DNA from: Octopus sinensis
Taxonomy: Eukaryota
Reading direction: 5' to 3'
Assembly: GCF_006345805.1 (NCBI RefSeq)
Contig: NC_043000.1
Span: forward strand, 139,004,001-139,068,000
DNA: 64,000 bases
Shown here piece after piece: positions 36,813 through 49,576 of this stretch (positions are counted from its first letter, which is position 1; the number at the start of each line of letters is the position of its first letter). Under the pieces are notes generated by a model that saw only the letters and a list, made by a program, of their open reading frames with translations, was not told the origin of the DNA and did not search any database. Both the position numbers and the translations under genes were made by a program.

Positions 36813-37121
36813 GGTGGAAGCACATGGCCTAGTGGTTAGTGCAGCAGACTTGCATTCGAGGGATTGTGGGTTCGAATCTCAGACCGGGCGATGTGTGTGT
36901 GTGTTTATGAGCAAAACATCTAAGCTCTACACGGCTCTGGCAGAAGGTAATGACGAACTTCTTCTGACATCTTTGCCACAACTTTCTCTCACTCTTTCCT
37001 CCTGCATCTTGCAGCTCACCTGCGACGGACTGGCATCCTATCCAGGTGTAGAACCTGTAAACCAAAGAAACTGGGAAACTGGCCCTTATGAGCCAGGCGT
37101 GGCTCGAGAAGGAACAAACAT
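36813..37121 (+). mobile_element. tRNA-derived SINE with V-like domain
   Basis: TGGCCTAGTGG / GGTTCGAATCTC boxes; CCTGCGACGGACTGGCATCCTATCCAGG. Confidence 0.82.
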
Positions 37122-37989
37122 ATTTTCTTAGCAAGTAGTCTCTCACAGTATTACTTTTAAGGTGGTGTACATTGTGTATTGTGTCCAGCTTCTAGTTCTA
37201 ACCAAATTCTTTAGTTTCACCTTTGTCCATTTTAGAAATGGAGCAGAGTAGTGGCATAGCCCATGTATTTATTGCTTTAATGTATCCCCTCCATTCAGTT
37301 TTGCTTCAAGCACCTTACTAATTCACCTCTTGTACTCTTTAGTAATTTCCTCCCTCATTTCTCCTTCTATTATCCTATCATCTTGCGTTACCTTAGGTTT
37401 TTGCATCAGTCATTATTCCACAGCGACTTATTGATGATGTCGTAATTTTATGCCGTCAGTGTTTATCTTCTGCCTCTCTCCACATTTAGCATTGCACACT
37501 TCTTTATGGCTAATTGCATTCCAATATCCTTGCTGAATACTTTTACTGTGTGGATCAGAAAATCCAGGTCTTTCTCATTTTTAAATTATTGTGTGAGGTC
37601 ATCCATATGAAGCAGGTAAGTACAAATATTATTAATGCAGCTATTTTCTAATCATAGCTATTCTTATTATTGCAATCGTCACTTTTATGTTTATGTGTAA
37701 TATTACCTGAGTATTGTACCTGTTTGCTTAATATGCTTTGTTATACCTACTATTAACCAATCATTTGAAGTAGCGCTTTGATGACAAGACATAAATATAT
37801 CATGTTAATTCTCTATACCATATATACATATAAATACACTCCTTATATATGCAGCTGTTTGTCCTTAATTCTTTGCATGTGTATATATATATATATATAA
37901 AATGTCTGAATTTTCACGCACAAACTTTGATGTGTGGTGTGCAGATATTGAATATTGAGAAGAAAGGTAGTTTTATTTATTCATTATTA

Positions 37990-38289
37990 CTAGCAGTATC
38001 GCCTGGCGTTGCTCGGGTTTGTAAGGGAAATAACTATATAAGCATTTTTAGAGAGTTACTTCCCTTATATAATAGCAAAAAAAATGCATTAAAAATGGGA
38101 AAAAATTATGGTAAATTTTTTTTAAAATCGCAGACTCATCGTAGATGCGCGCTAGTACTCAGAAGGGCTCGATATGAATCCCGACTATAAGATACCCACT
38201 TTTGGTTACACTGCACCGCAAAATGTGGGAGTAGTTAGGAATCTAAATCGTAGGAGACAGACACACAACTTCACTTTTATATATAAAGA
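37990..38289 (-). mobile_element. Non-autonomous Helitron, deletion variant of 8505-8900
   Basis: A|TC..CTAG|T, same termini and most internal sequence. Confidence 0.9.
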
Positions 38290-38495
38290 TTAGCGCTTTC
38301 GTTTGTTTCTTGAGCTTGTCAAATGGAATTTTGTGAATGTACAAACAGCTTGTTCATTTATATAAAACAGATGTTTGTTGGGGATTTTGTTTAGAAAAGG
38401 AGAACATTGTTTTTGTTTTCTTTGGGTGAGGTTCCATGACAATGGAGACAGATAGATAGAAAAATAAATAGATAGAAATATATATATATATATAT

Positions 38496-38676
38496 AAAAA
38501 GCACCCACTACACTCACGGAGTGGTTGGCATTAGGAAGGGCATCCAGCTGTAGAAACATTGCCAGATAAGACTGGAGCCTGGTGCAGCCTTCTGGCTTTC
38601 CAGATCCCCGGTCGAGCTGTCCAACCCATGCTAGCATGGAGAACGGACGTTAAACGATGATGATGATGATGATGAT
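38496..38676 (+). mobile_element. RTE-tail repeat (family C), young
   Basis: Near-identical to 20146-20325. Confidence 0.9.
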
Positions 38677-38863
38677 ATGAATGTACGTTTAAATATTTGT
38701 TGTGCAAGATTTTTTATGTGAAGTCGTGTGTTGAAAAAGATATTGTTATATTTCGGAATGGTCATTTTGCCAGTTTAGCCAATAAAAACACACGCACTAT
38801 ATATTTGGTGTTATTTTGCTTCAGTGTTATTTATATTTTACATTAATCTTAATCTTATTTCGG

Positions 38864-38903
38864 CCAGAGTTCTTTCGTCACACTCCTGTGACCGCATCAG
38901 TGG
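38864..38903 (-). ncRNA. Hammerhead-like motif (A9C variant) in probable PLE pseudo-LTR
   Basis: Minus strand: cca-CTGATGC-g-gtcac aggagt gtgac-GAAA-gaac-TC-tgg. Confidence 0.55.
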
Positions 38904-39883
38904 TCCTTTGTTTTTTTCTTTCTTATTTGTGTCTCTCCTTACTAACCGTCAGCCATTTTGTATTTCTATTGTATGTCTTCATTTGCGCATGCTTATATCT
39001 CTATGTGCGTCTATGTTTATTTAGTGTGTGTATGTGGGGGGGATGCCTGTAATATTTGTATCTTCTGTTTATATACGTTCATGTAATTTGTATTTTGTTT
39101 TTGTTGTTGTTGTTTTTGTTTATTCTTATTTTGTTCATGTGTTTACATCCACTTATTATTATCATTACATAGGCTTGTATATATATATATATATGTATAT
39201 ATATGTATGTATATAATATGCATATATGTATGCATATATTTATGTATGTATGTATGTATGTATGTACAAATGTCGTGGGAGGCCAATTTTGCTTATTTTC
39301 TGGTGAAATTTCTACTAGTTTTGATGTGAGTCTTGTCTTTATTTATATATTGCGTCTCTATTTATATTGATCATTATTAGTTTTTCTCAATACAAAACTA
39401 ATTCTGCTTGAGATATTACAAATCTTCTGCTTCCACTTCTATTTCTTTGTTGCCTGGCAACTCCAGGAAAATATCTTAGAATTGGTCTATTACACTTTCC
39501 TGATATATTTAAATTTGGACTGTCTTGCCATATTGTGAAGTTTTTTTTGTTTGTTTTCTTTTTTTTTTACTTTTACCTTTAATTCTCATTGATTTCAAAT
39601 TATTACTGTAAAAAATAGACTTTTGTAATTTCTGTGTCTTACTTGTTTAGAAGTCATTTCACATAATTATTTCAAATACTTACTGTTTACATTTGTTCTG
39701 AAATTCACATTGGTATATTTTTAATGTTTTGACTTGTTCTTACTTGTTTTGATGTTCATGTATGCAGCGGGCCCTTTCACTTTTCAAAATTGTACTTTTG
39801 TCTCTATCTGGCTAAGTATATTTTTTGCTCCAATATTGAATGAAGACACATTAGACTGGTACTGAAATAGGCTTTTATATATA

Positions 39884-39924
<41 letters not shown>

Positions 39925-39926
<2 letters not shown>

Positions 39927-40221
39927 GGTTTTGAAAGGTAATGGTGTCATTGAGACCAAGGACCCAAAGGTGTCAGGTAATGCTGAATAATGCTATACAT
40001 GGACTACGGTTAAGTTCCAGTTTGGTGATTATGCAAATAAGGGGTTTTAACATTGGTCATGTATCAGTGTATGTATATAAAGATTTTTTATTTCGTAATG
40101 AGATAAAGAACCAAGGCTGTGTAGATTTTAGAACATTTATAGATAGAAAGACCTTCTATCTATAAATGTTTTAAAAATCTACACAGCCTTGGTCTTTTTA
40201 TCTCATCACGAAATAAAAAAT
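39925..40221. mobile_element. Fold-back element with one-sided tail, in (TA)n
   Basis: Imperfect arms 40083-40148 / 40154-40221. Confidence 0.65.
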
Positions 40222-40231
40222 TTATATATAT

Positions 40232-40265
<34 letters not shown>

Positions 40266-40624
40266 CATAAAGAAAAGAGAGAGAGAGAGAGAGAGAGAGA
40301 TGTATATATATATATATGAAGGAAAATAGATTAAATAAATCCAGGTAAATACCTCTTTATGCAGCCTGCACAAATTGAACTCAGTCAACTAAACTTTTCA
40401 GTTAAGACCACACTTATCAATACTGGTTGTTACCCACTTCCTGTGACATGACCAGTTTATAATCCAAGGGTTTAACATCGCATAAATTTGGTGTATTGAT
40501 CATCAAGTATATTAAAAAAATATACAAAAAAAAAAGGAAGACTGCATCTTCATTCTTTTGCATTTTTCACTATCTCTTTCTTCCTCACTTTCTTTCTCCT
40601 TCTCCCTCTCTCTCTCTCTTTCTA

Positions 40625-40666
<42 letters not shown>

Positions 40667-40668
<2 letters not shown>

Positions 40669-40921
40669 TTTTACTCTTTTACTTTTTTACTTGTTTAAGA
40701 CATTTGACTGCAGCCATGCTGGAGCACCGCCTTTAGTCTAACAAATCGACTCCAGGGACTTATTCTTTGTAAGCCTAGTACTTATTTTATCAGTCACTTT
40801 TTCCAAACCGCTAAGTTATGGGGGACGTAAACACACCAGCCTCAGTTGTCAAGTGATGTTGGGGGAACAAACGCAGGTACGAACATATACAAACACATAC
40901 ATACATACATACATACATACA

Positions 40922-40957
<36 letters not shown>

Positions 40958-41124
40958 TATACATACATATATACGACAGGCTTTTTTCAGTTTCTGTCTA
41001 CCAAATCCAATCACAAGACATTTGTCAGCCCGAGGCTATAGTAGAAGACACTTGCCCAAGGTGTCACGCAGTGGACTGAACCCAGCACCATGTGGTTGGT
41101 AAGCAAGCTACTTACCACACAGCC
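40667..41124 (-). mobile_element. SINE family A
   Basis: Head, (ATAC)n, tail. Confidence 0.9.
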
Positions 41125-41434
41125 AACATATTATTATGAATTCTACCATTGTTAGGCAATGGATATGTTTCTGCATTTTTTTGCCGAGCAACCACGCAGA
41201 TGGCATGTTTACAGTGATCAAAATATTTGTGTTCACATAAGTGTACTCTCTCCATCAAACTGGCATTTCCTGTGCAGGTGCACAAGTGTTTCACGGTTCA
41301 GCTGCGAGAAATGATTGCAGAGCAACATCTAATAAAGTGTTTTGCTCATGAACTCAACACACCACCCTGTCTGGGAATCAAAATTCTGAGTGCAACACCC
41401 TAAACACAAGGCCATGCATCTTCATCATCACATC

Positions 41435-41720
41435 ATCATCATCATCATCGTTTAGCGTCCGCTTTCCATGCTGGCATGGGTTGGACGGTGCAACTGGGGT
41501 CTGGGAAGCCAGAAGGCTGCACCAGGCCCAGTCTGATCTGGCAATGTTTCTATGGCTGGATGCCCTTCCTAATGCCAACCACTCCATGAGTGTAGTGGGT
41601 GCATTTTACGTTCCACTGGCACAGGTGCCAGATGAGGCTGGCAAATGGCCATGATCAGATGGTGCTTTTTACTTGCCACTGGCACAGAGGCCAGGCAAGG
41701 CTGGCAATGGCCACGATCAG
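41435..41720 (-). mobile_element. RTE-tail repeat (family C)
   Basis: Family C motifs. Confidence 0.85.
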
Positions 41721-42268
41721 CGCACTTAACTGTCCATCAGAAGAGGCATGGCTTCCTTAGATTGAGAAGAGAGGAAGAGTGTGAAGATATGACAGAAAGG
41801 GGGCAGGGGGGCCAAACAAACAAGTCACAGGGTGGTGTATATAGTGGCATGCGTCAGGGGTCGGAAAGGATTAGTGGTTGGTAAGTGGATGAATTCACAA
41901 GAGTTTGAAAAGAGCTAGAGGCTGGAGAGAAGGGATTTAAGAGGGGTATTTTGTGTGTAGAAGATAGATGGGGGAATGGAAGGGATGGAGAAACAACAGT
42001 GGTGAGCATGGAGGTTGTGAGACAGAGAGAGCGGGGTCATGGATATCTATGTTACTTTGCTGGGTGGAACTTCTCAAACACAGTATATTGCCAGTTATCA
42101 CAATCGTTTGTCATCTCTACAGGGCTCAAGATCTGAAGATAATTTCTCACCACTTCATCACATGTCATCCTGAGTTTTCCTCATCCACAGGTTCCCTCCA
42201 CATGTAGAGATTAGGAGATTAGCACTTCTTCATGCAACTGTCCTCATACAATATGCATCACATGACCA

Positions 42269-42322
<54 letters not shown>

Positions 42323-42325
42323 TAT

Positions 42326-42588
42326 ACATCATCATCATCGTTTAACATCCGTTTTCCGGGTTGGACGGTTCGACCGGGGTCTGGGAAGCCAGGAGACTGC
42401 ACCAGGCTCCAGTCTGATCTGGCAGTGTTTCTACAGCTGGATGCCCTTCTTAACACCAACCACTCCATGAGTGTAGTGGGTGTTTTTTTACATGCCACTG
42501 GCACAGGTGCCAGGGTAGGCTAGCAGCGGCCACGATTGGTCGGTGCTTTTTACATGCCACCAGCACAGAAACCAGTCAAGGCTGCGCT

Positions 42589-42590
<2 letters not shown>
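42326..42590 (-). mobile_element. RTE-tail repeat (family C)
   Basis: Family C motifs. Confidence 0.85.
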
Positions 42591-42631
<41 letters not shown>

Positions 42632-42636
<5 letters not shown>

Positions 42637-43099
42637 AAAAAAGCAACAAGAATGGATTAAAATCTCGGTACGATCGTTTCGTCTTCGTACGAAACGATCG
42701 TACCGAGATTTTAATCCATTCTTGTTGCTTTTTTCCTATTTGTAATCACCCCACTTGTCGTATGGTTAACACCATATAGATTTCCGGTGCATCCTAGTTA
42801 AGGACCATATTCATGTGAATTCTTTAGAATTCACTTGAATCTCAATTACTTAACCGTATATATATATATATATATATAGGAAAAAAGCAACAAGAATGGA
42901 TTAAAATCTCGGTACGATCGTTTCGTCTTCGTACGAAACGATCGTACCGAGATTTTAATCCATTCTTGTTGCTTTTTTCCTATTTGTAATCACCCCACTT
43001 GTCGTATGGTTAACACCATATAGATTTCCGGTGCATCCTAGTTAAGGACCATATTCATGTGAATTCTTTAGAATTCACTTGAATCTCAATTACTTAACC

Positions 43100-43100
<1 letters not shown>
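42632..43100. repeat. Two identical tandem copies of a 51-bp-arm perfect hairpin plus tail
   Basis: 42632-42856 and 42876-43100; arms 42632-42682 / 42689-42739. Confidence 0.95.
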
Positions 43101-43135
<35 letters not shown>

Positions 43136-46053
43136 TTAAACAAACACCTTATCACACTAAATTTAAATGCGTTTCAGTGGTAAAAAACAAAAACTGAAAT
43201 AGCAGAAGTATTCACAGTAGTATGAATTTTCTGCAACTGAAGCAAATTGATATCTTATGAAATTATTATATAATGACTAAGATGCATTAAGCAATATAAA
43301 GCGTTATCAATATGGTTGAAATGGTATTTTCATAGTAACAAGCAAGACATTTGTTTTATTTTTAGTTACCATAGTGAGATATAAAATAAATTATGAAACA
43401 AAAATTTACCCTTGGAGAGATAGTATTTTTATAATATATGTAAATATCATTATCATCACCATTGTCATCATCATTGTTATCATCAACATCGTCATGATGA
43501 TGATGATGATGATGATTATTATTTTGTCTTCACTTTCTTTGCTAGAATGAGTTGGACAAATGTGTGTGTGTGTGTGTGTGTGTATGTGTGTGTGTGTATG
43601 CATTTGTATTCATGAAAGAATTCGGGGGAAGCAAATGAAATGGTTATGAGGTTAAGCAGTCAGTCAATCTGCCAGTTTTCCATTAATTCTAACATGACTA
43701 TAGCCATTACTATGCGTAGCTAGGTAACGCACATAATTTTGATTGCCATAGTCTGCCTGGCTGACATCTAACAGTTAAAAGGTTAACTGTAAGAAACGTA
43801 TCCAACACCAGAAGCAGCTGCCTAACATCTATAAATTTGTATAAACCATCAAACCCAAGCAAATTTCAAACAAGTACAATAGCTTTATAACTGGGAAACG
43901 AAACAGAAAGCCGTATATTTTTATTACACATACACTCATGCACAACACCAACACACACATGTTACATACAACTCCCGTATACACATATGCACACATTGTC
44001 ACACACAAGTAGGCTGCTTTATCTCACTTTTAAGATCAGCAGAAAATGTTCAATTAAGAATAAGGACAAAACATCTTTTATAAATTAATTTGATAGCCCT
44101 TGGAGCATTCTTATCTCAGTTCTTGATGTTTCATTTTTGTCCTTATTTCAAGGCACATTTCCAAGTTCTGCATTTAAATGGTTGTTATACTTCTGTCTTT
44201 GAGAATCAAAAACTATTATTAACTCAGTTAAACAAATTGCTTTCATATTCTCCTTCTGTGTCATTTCTAAGAAATCCTTTCTAATGTTCTGGTTTAATTA
44301 CAACATATTTCAAGTTCTCTCTAAATCATCCTTAAATATTATTGTTAATATTTTTCCTTGTTTGTAAGTTAGCAATGTTTTATGCTGTTTTATTGAATCA
44401 AGAGAACAAAACTAATGCAGAATGTGTCACTCTACCTAATATTTAATTGATTGTATAGTTTTCCTTTGGTTTTTATATATAAATTTGAGTGTGTGTGAGT
44501 GTGTTTGTGTGTGTACATGTGTGAGAGAGACAGAAACAGAAAAAGAGAGAGAAAGAAAGAAAAATCGACAAGGTTAGGTTTCAAGTTTCATTGAACAAAA
44601 TGCTCCATCAGTTTTCTTAAACATATCATGACATTAATGGCAATACAAACTACAGTGTTTCTTATTAGAAACATTAATTTTTATGATGTACTTCAACCAT
44701 CTCAATGTTATCAGTTTGCCTGTTAGTTGCATAGTTTGAACTGTCAAGACGTATAAGTTCTCTAAAAAGTAAAGTATGATCATATCAAGTATACAATTTC
44801 GTAGTTGTCTTACATTGTAATTATATTCCAAATCTTCCACACAAGACCAAATTCAATTTACTGATAAAAAGTAAAAAAAAAACTGTTTGTTTCTAATTTT
44901 TTATTTTTAACATCTGTTTTTCTTCTTTTTTCTCGTCACTCCATATCAAGCACAAAGTAACACGATATTGTTCTCTGATTGTTACAGGATAGTGATTGTT
45001 ATTATGTTGTATTGGACTCACTCAGTTATCTCTTTTGTTGTCTTCATAGTCTGAAATACAGAGTGCAAAGATATCAAACCTTTTATGACAGAGCAATTAA
45101 AATGCTAAGCTTATACTAAATTCTCATTTTCTTTTTAAGATAATAGAAATGTGACAGATTTTGAAGGTTAACGAGATAAATAAGTTTTTAAAACTACTTC
45201 AGATAAATTGCTTGCTCAATTTAGAAACTATAACATTTTTAGAAAGTCGTTTTCGAAATGTTCACATATATCTTTTACAATAGCAAGAACAATAACAAGA
45301 ACAAAGAAAGATGTATTCAATGCATCATAAAACATTATGCAATATCAAGTGATATCCATGCAATAAAGCAACAATTATTTATTAAAGTTACAAAACAAGT
45401 TTGTAATTGGTTATTGTTCTTAATTATGTACAAGATATGTTCAAGTTTTAAATTTTTATTCAATGCAGTTGTTATTGATATATGCCTCCATAGCCATTGC
45501 TATTTCAATACAACAGTTGCACTCAACAAATCATTCTAAAATAATGAAGTAGATGTATGTTTTGCACATTGATGCTATTGATTATGTTTGGTCAGAGTTC
45601 AACCTTAACTGAGTAGACTTTTCCAAATGTATATTAGTCATAATCTGGGGCTTTACATGTCTAGGACTACATTATCCAATAGAGCAATCCATTGCCATAT
45701 CATTGTTCACCTATTGCGGTTTATTATTTAAGCTTACATAGATTCCTCTGTGGTGCTGCTTTGCACTTATAATAAATTAAATATATACAAATTTTTAAAA
45801 TGATAAAAATTAAAATACAGTACAGTACTGTTTCTACTTCATGAATTTTCACCCATCACAGGTGTTTTTGGAATGTAACACCCACAATAGTCATTATGTC
45901 CTTTCTTCTAATAATAGTAGCATATAATTTAAGTTGGATTTGGTTGCTATTTCTAGCAAGTCATGGAATCAGTTAGAGCCCCTCCACCATCATAGTTGAT
46001 TAGCCCCAACCAAGTCAAAAATTATAGTCCAGCTGTGACATTTACTCTTTTTA

Positions 46054-46107
<54 letters not shown>

Positions 46108-46109
<2 letters not shown>

Positions 46110-47270
46110 AATGGAGTTAAACGCAGGTGATATTCAAATTCTTTTACTTCTGAAACATGTTTCGAAGATATCACTGGTATTATTCCATAATATTAACCTT
46201 CACATAATATTAACCTGTTAAATATTGATACATTTACTAATACTAACATGAATTTAGCTAATACCATCCATCCCCCTAGAAATATTAATAATAAGGCTAT
46301 TGCATCTGAAGTCAATTACAACAGAATCAAGTTTATGTCAAGTAACTCTAATATTAAAAATTCTATATACCAGTGTAATATTACTTCTGGTAATGAAGTA
46401 TTTTTTTACATAGGAAGCTCATCTTCTCAGTTATCTAAAAGAATTTCTAATCATTACTCTACATTTAGGGATAGGAATAAACGTAACAGTACAGGGCTTA
46501 GTAAATTAATTTGGTATCTAAAAGACCACAATAAACAATTTAATTTAGATTGGTTGATTCTTTCAATCTCGATACCTTATGACAAAGGCAAGGAATTCTG
46601 TCTTCTCTGTAATTTTGAACTATTTTTTATTCTTTTTTTCTAAAAATACCCTTGTAAACACCGTTATAGAGCATGCATACCGATGTAAACATTAGCAGAA
46701 ACACACCTTTAGTTCATATAAGTGATATCTATCATTATATATAATTTAAACGTTAATTTTCTTATTATATTTCACACTCACTAGATATATCTTTTTCCAA
46801 GTCTATATGGTTTTATTTAATATACATAATACATATAATCATATACTTCTCATTTATTTGTTTTTTTACCCCTCCTCTTTCTATGGGCTACCTTTGACGT
46901 TATATCCTCTAATGTTGTTTTGAAACAAATTTAATAGCGTTCAGTTAATCACTGTACATATCCATCATTTTCTGTTAAAATGTCTTATTGACAAGTTTAA
47001 TTTCTTCATTTCCCTGAGAAGATTACATTGTTTTACGCCATTTTATTCCTTCGGAATGGTACCAGTGATATCTTCGAAACATGTGCTGGAAGTAAAATAA
47101 TTTCATTTATTTCTTTATATATATTATACAAAATATTTCACATAAACTCGAAGTTTCTACCTTTAAAAACACGGAGTTACAACCTCTTTACTTGTGTGAC
47201 TTTTTGCTACCCAGGTAACTATTTATCTATTTTTCCATGTTAATTGTTAACAAGGAAAAAATACACACAT
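46108..47270 (+). mobile_element. 5'-truncated Penelope-like element (GIY-YIG endonuclease) with inverted pLTR fragment
   Basis: SIYQCNI..FFYIGSS..KRISNH..CLLCNFE..N..RCKH; 46136-46186 inverted vs 47053-47103; (TA)n flanks. Confidence 0.85.
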
Positions 47271-47271
47271 C

Positions 47272-47319
<48 letters not shown>

Positions 47320-47320
<1 letters not shown>

Positions 47321-49350
47321 ATTCGATCCTTCACTCTCATTATGCCAAACCCATGTCCTCTAAGTACCTTGTTCACAAGAATGTAGTGATTGTGGACAAT
47401 GCCATGTCTAACACTGGAAGGTCATTTATATAGACTATAAACCAAAGTAGGCCCAAGATAGTCCCCTGGAGGACTCCACTAGTGACTTTTGCTGGGTTTT
47501 AGTGGATTCCACCGATCACAACATGTGTTCTGTTCTCCAGGAAATACTCAATCCAGTGTAGTAGTTTTCCACAGATTCCAACATTTGACAATTTTGACAG
47601 TAGGATAATGTGTCTGACTCTGTTAAATGCTTTACTGAAGTCAACATATATGACATCAGAGTTCAAACCTGATCCCAATGTTTTAAGGACATTATCAATG
47701 TGGTGCAAGAATTATGTTAGACTGTCTCTGCCATAGCAAAAGCCATGTTGGTCTGCAGATGTTTTTCCAATGCCAGCCTTTTCAAATTTGTAGAATGTGG
47801 ATGTTGCATGTGGGAATATTTTAATTTGTTGATTTTGTTATTAAGTCTTTTTATGTTCCTGATGAGCGTTTTTTCCTCTCTAGGGAGCCTGTTTCTGTTT
47901 GTGCAAGGGGATTTCGTAGAAGTGTGTTCTGAGCATATATAGTTGACAATGTCCTCAAAGCACTGCCATGTGGTTTCAGTATCAGTGGAACTGAGAGTGA
48001 AAGACCAGTTGATAAAGGACAGATCCTTTCAGATTGCTCCCCAATCCTCTTTGTGGAAGCTTATGTTGTCAAATAAGTGCAGTGGAATGGGACTGACTGA
48101 TCTGGTTTTGAAATGCTGGAAATTAAAGTTGCAAAATATCATGTCATGGTCTGAGAGGAGAGTCTTTTCAACTGAAATGCTGTGACTGGATCTTGAGTGG
48201 TTTGTTAATATCAGATCCAGGATCGTTTTATTCTGCCTTGATGGTTCAAGCACTAGCTGTGTCAGGAAGAATTCATCCATTGGATTAAAGAGTAATTCTG
48301 CTGAATATTTGTGGATCAGTTTACATAAGGGAGGTTAGAAATCACCCATCACCAGTATGTTACTGGAGTTGTATTTTTGAACAAAGGACTTGATTTTGCT
48401 GAGGTATTTCTTCAAAGTATTTTAGAGATGCTTGGGGAGGCCTTTAGAAACCAACCATAGTTATGTCATTGGCCTTGTTGAATAATGATATAGATTCACA
48501 GTAGCCATTGGAAAATATGTCCTTGACATCAAATGCAAAGGAGTCATGGAGAAAAATGGCTGTTCCTCCTTTATTTTGGTCTGTGCGATCTGCACAGATG
48601 ATGGTGAAATCTTTATTTTTTCACCTTGGCATGCATATGAGTGTTGTTTAGGTGAGTCTCAGTAAGGTTAAAGAAAGGGATGCAATATGCTGTTTCAGCA
48701 AGTCAACTCTCTATGTATGGGATCTTCCATTTTTGGGCAGTGAGTGATGAGTTGCTGCCACGTACATTTTGCAGGAATGTCAAAGCAAGAGTAGTTTGTT
48801 GTTTGTATTGTTCTAAATTCTTAGTCTTATGTGTTATGTTGTGCAGAGGTAGCAGTGATGGTAGTTTTTGTATGGTGCTGTGTGTGTGGAGTGATGTTCT
48901 AGTTGATGGTGGGTGGGTGTTCCTTGTGTTTTGCATATACAGCTGCTGAGAGCTTGTTGGATCTCTTGGCTTAGGTTGGCCTTCATATTTTCTAGATAAG
49001 TTGGTAAAAAAAGAGTTACCTCTTTGGTTTGCCACTTGGTCAGATGATCCATTGTTCATGTTTATGTTATTTGCTGTTATGGTTTTCCCATAGTTTGGTC
49101 TTTGTTGTTTGGTTTTAGGTGAAATGTAGTTGTATCTTGCTTTTGTTGATGTTGTAGCACTTCTCTGTTGCTGTTTAGTGCTACCATATGCATGTGTGTG
49201 ATATGAAATGGTCTTGTGATTTCTCTTTACTCTGTTCTTGATCTCTTTTACAGATCTGTAAAAGGACTCTGACACTAATTTTTGGCAATTTTACAGGAGA
49301 TGTTATGATGAGCATGCCAAGCTTTTATCAGTGCACTAATTTCGTTTTCT
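47320..49350 (-). mobile_element. Decayed CR1-group LINE (ORF1-like region, AP endonuclease, RT part)
   Basis: LTETHL, QLVLEPSRQNKTILDLILTN..SDHDMI, IYVDFSKAF, SGVPQGTILGP. Confidence 0.88.
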
Positions 49351-49529
49351 ATCTGGTGGAGTTTTAGAATATTATATTTGTGTGTGTATATATATATAAT
49401 ATTAGGGAGTATATCCAAACTTACAGGAAAAAATTAGATTTAGGATTAAATCAAATTTCACAGTATATGTATGGTTTATGTCTATCACTGTTTGAGTTGC
49501 CTAATAGGGGTTTTATCTCTAATTTAATT

Positions 49530-49576
<47 letters not shown>

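Larger units (their letters stand above)
35484..37620 (-). mobile_element. Old decayed R4/Dong-like LINE interrupted by two SINEs
   Basis: RT remnant LLHMDDL..VKVFSKDIGM..KKCA (~37490-37620); endonuclease remnant KTEKYQEQVRELKRL (~35600-35720). Confidence 0.75.

Noticed and set aside
36813-36885. Possible tRNA gene (also at 54447)
   Set aside because: Imperfect cloverleaf followed by a SINE body; these are SINE heads
45700-45890. Tigger/pogo-like MITE remnant
   Set aside because: Too decayed; TIRs and TA TSD not definable
46725-47000. SECIS element downstream of the GIY-YIG ORF
   Set aside because: No convincing AUGA/AA/GA stem; the internal stop is TAG, not TGA
48703-49275. 190-aa ORF as a host gene
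   Set aside because: Directly upstream of and overlapping the CR1 endonuclease remnant; LINE-derived
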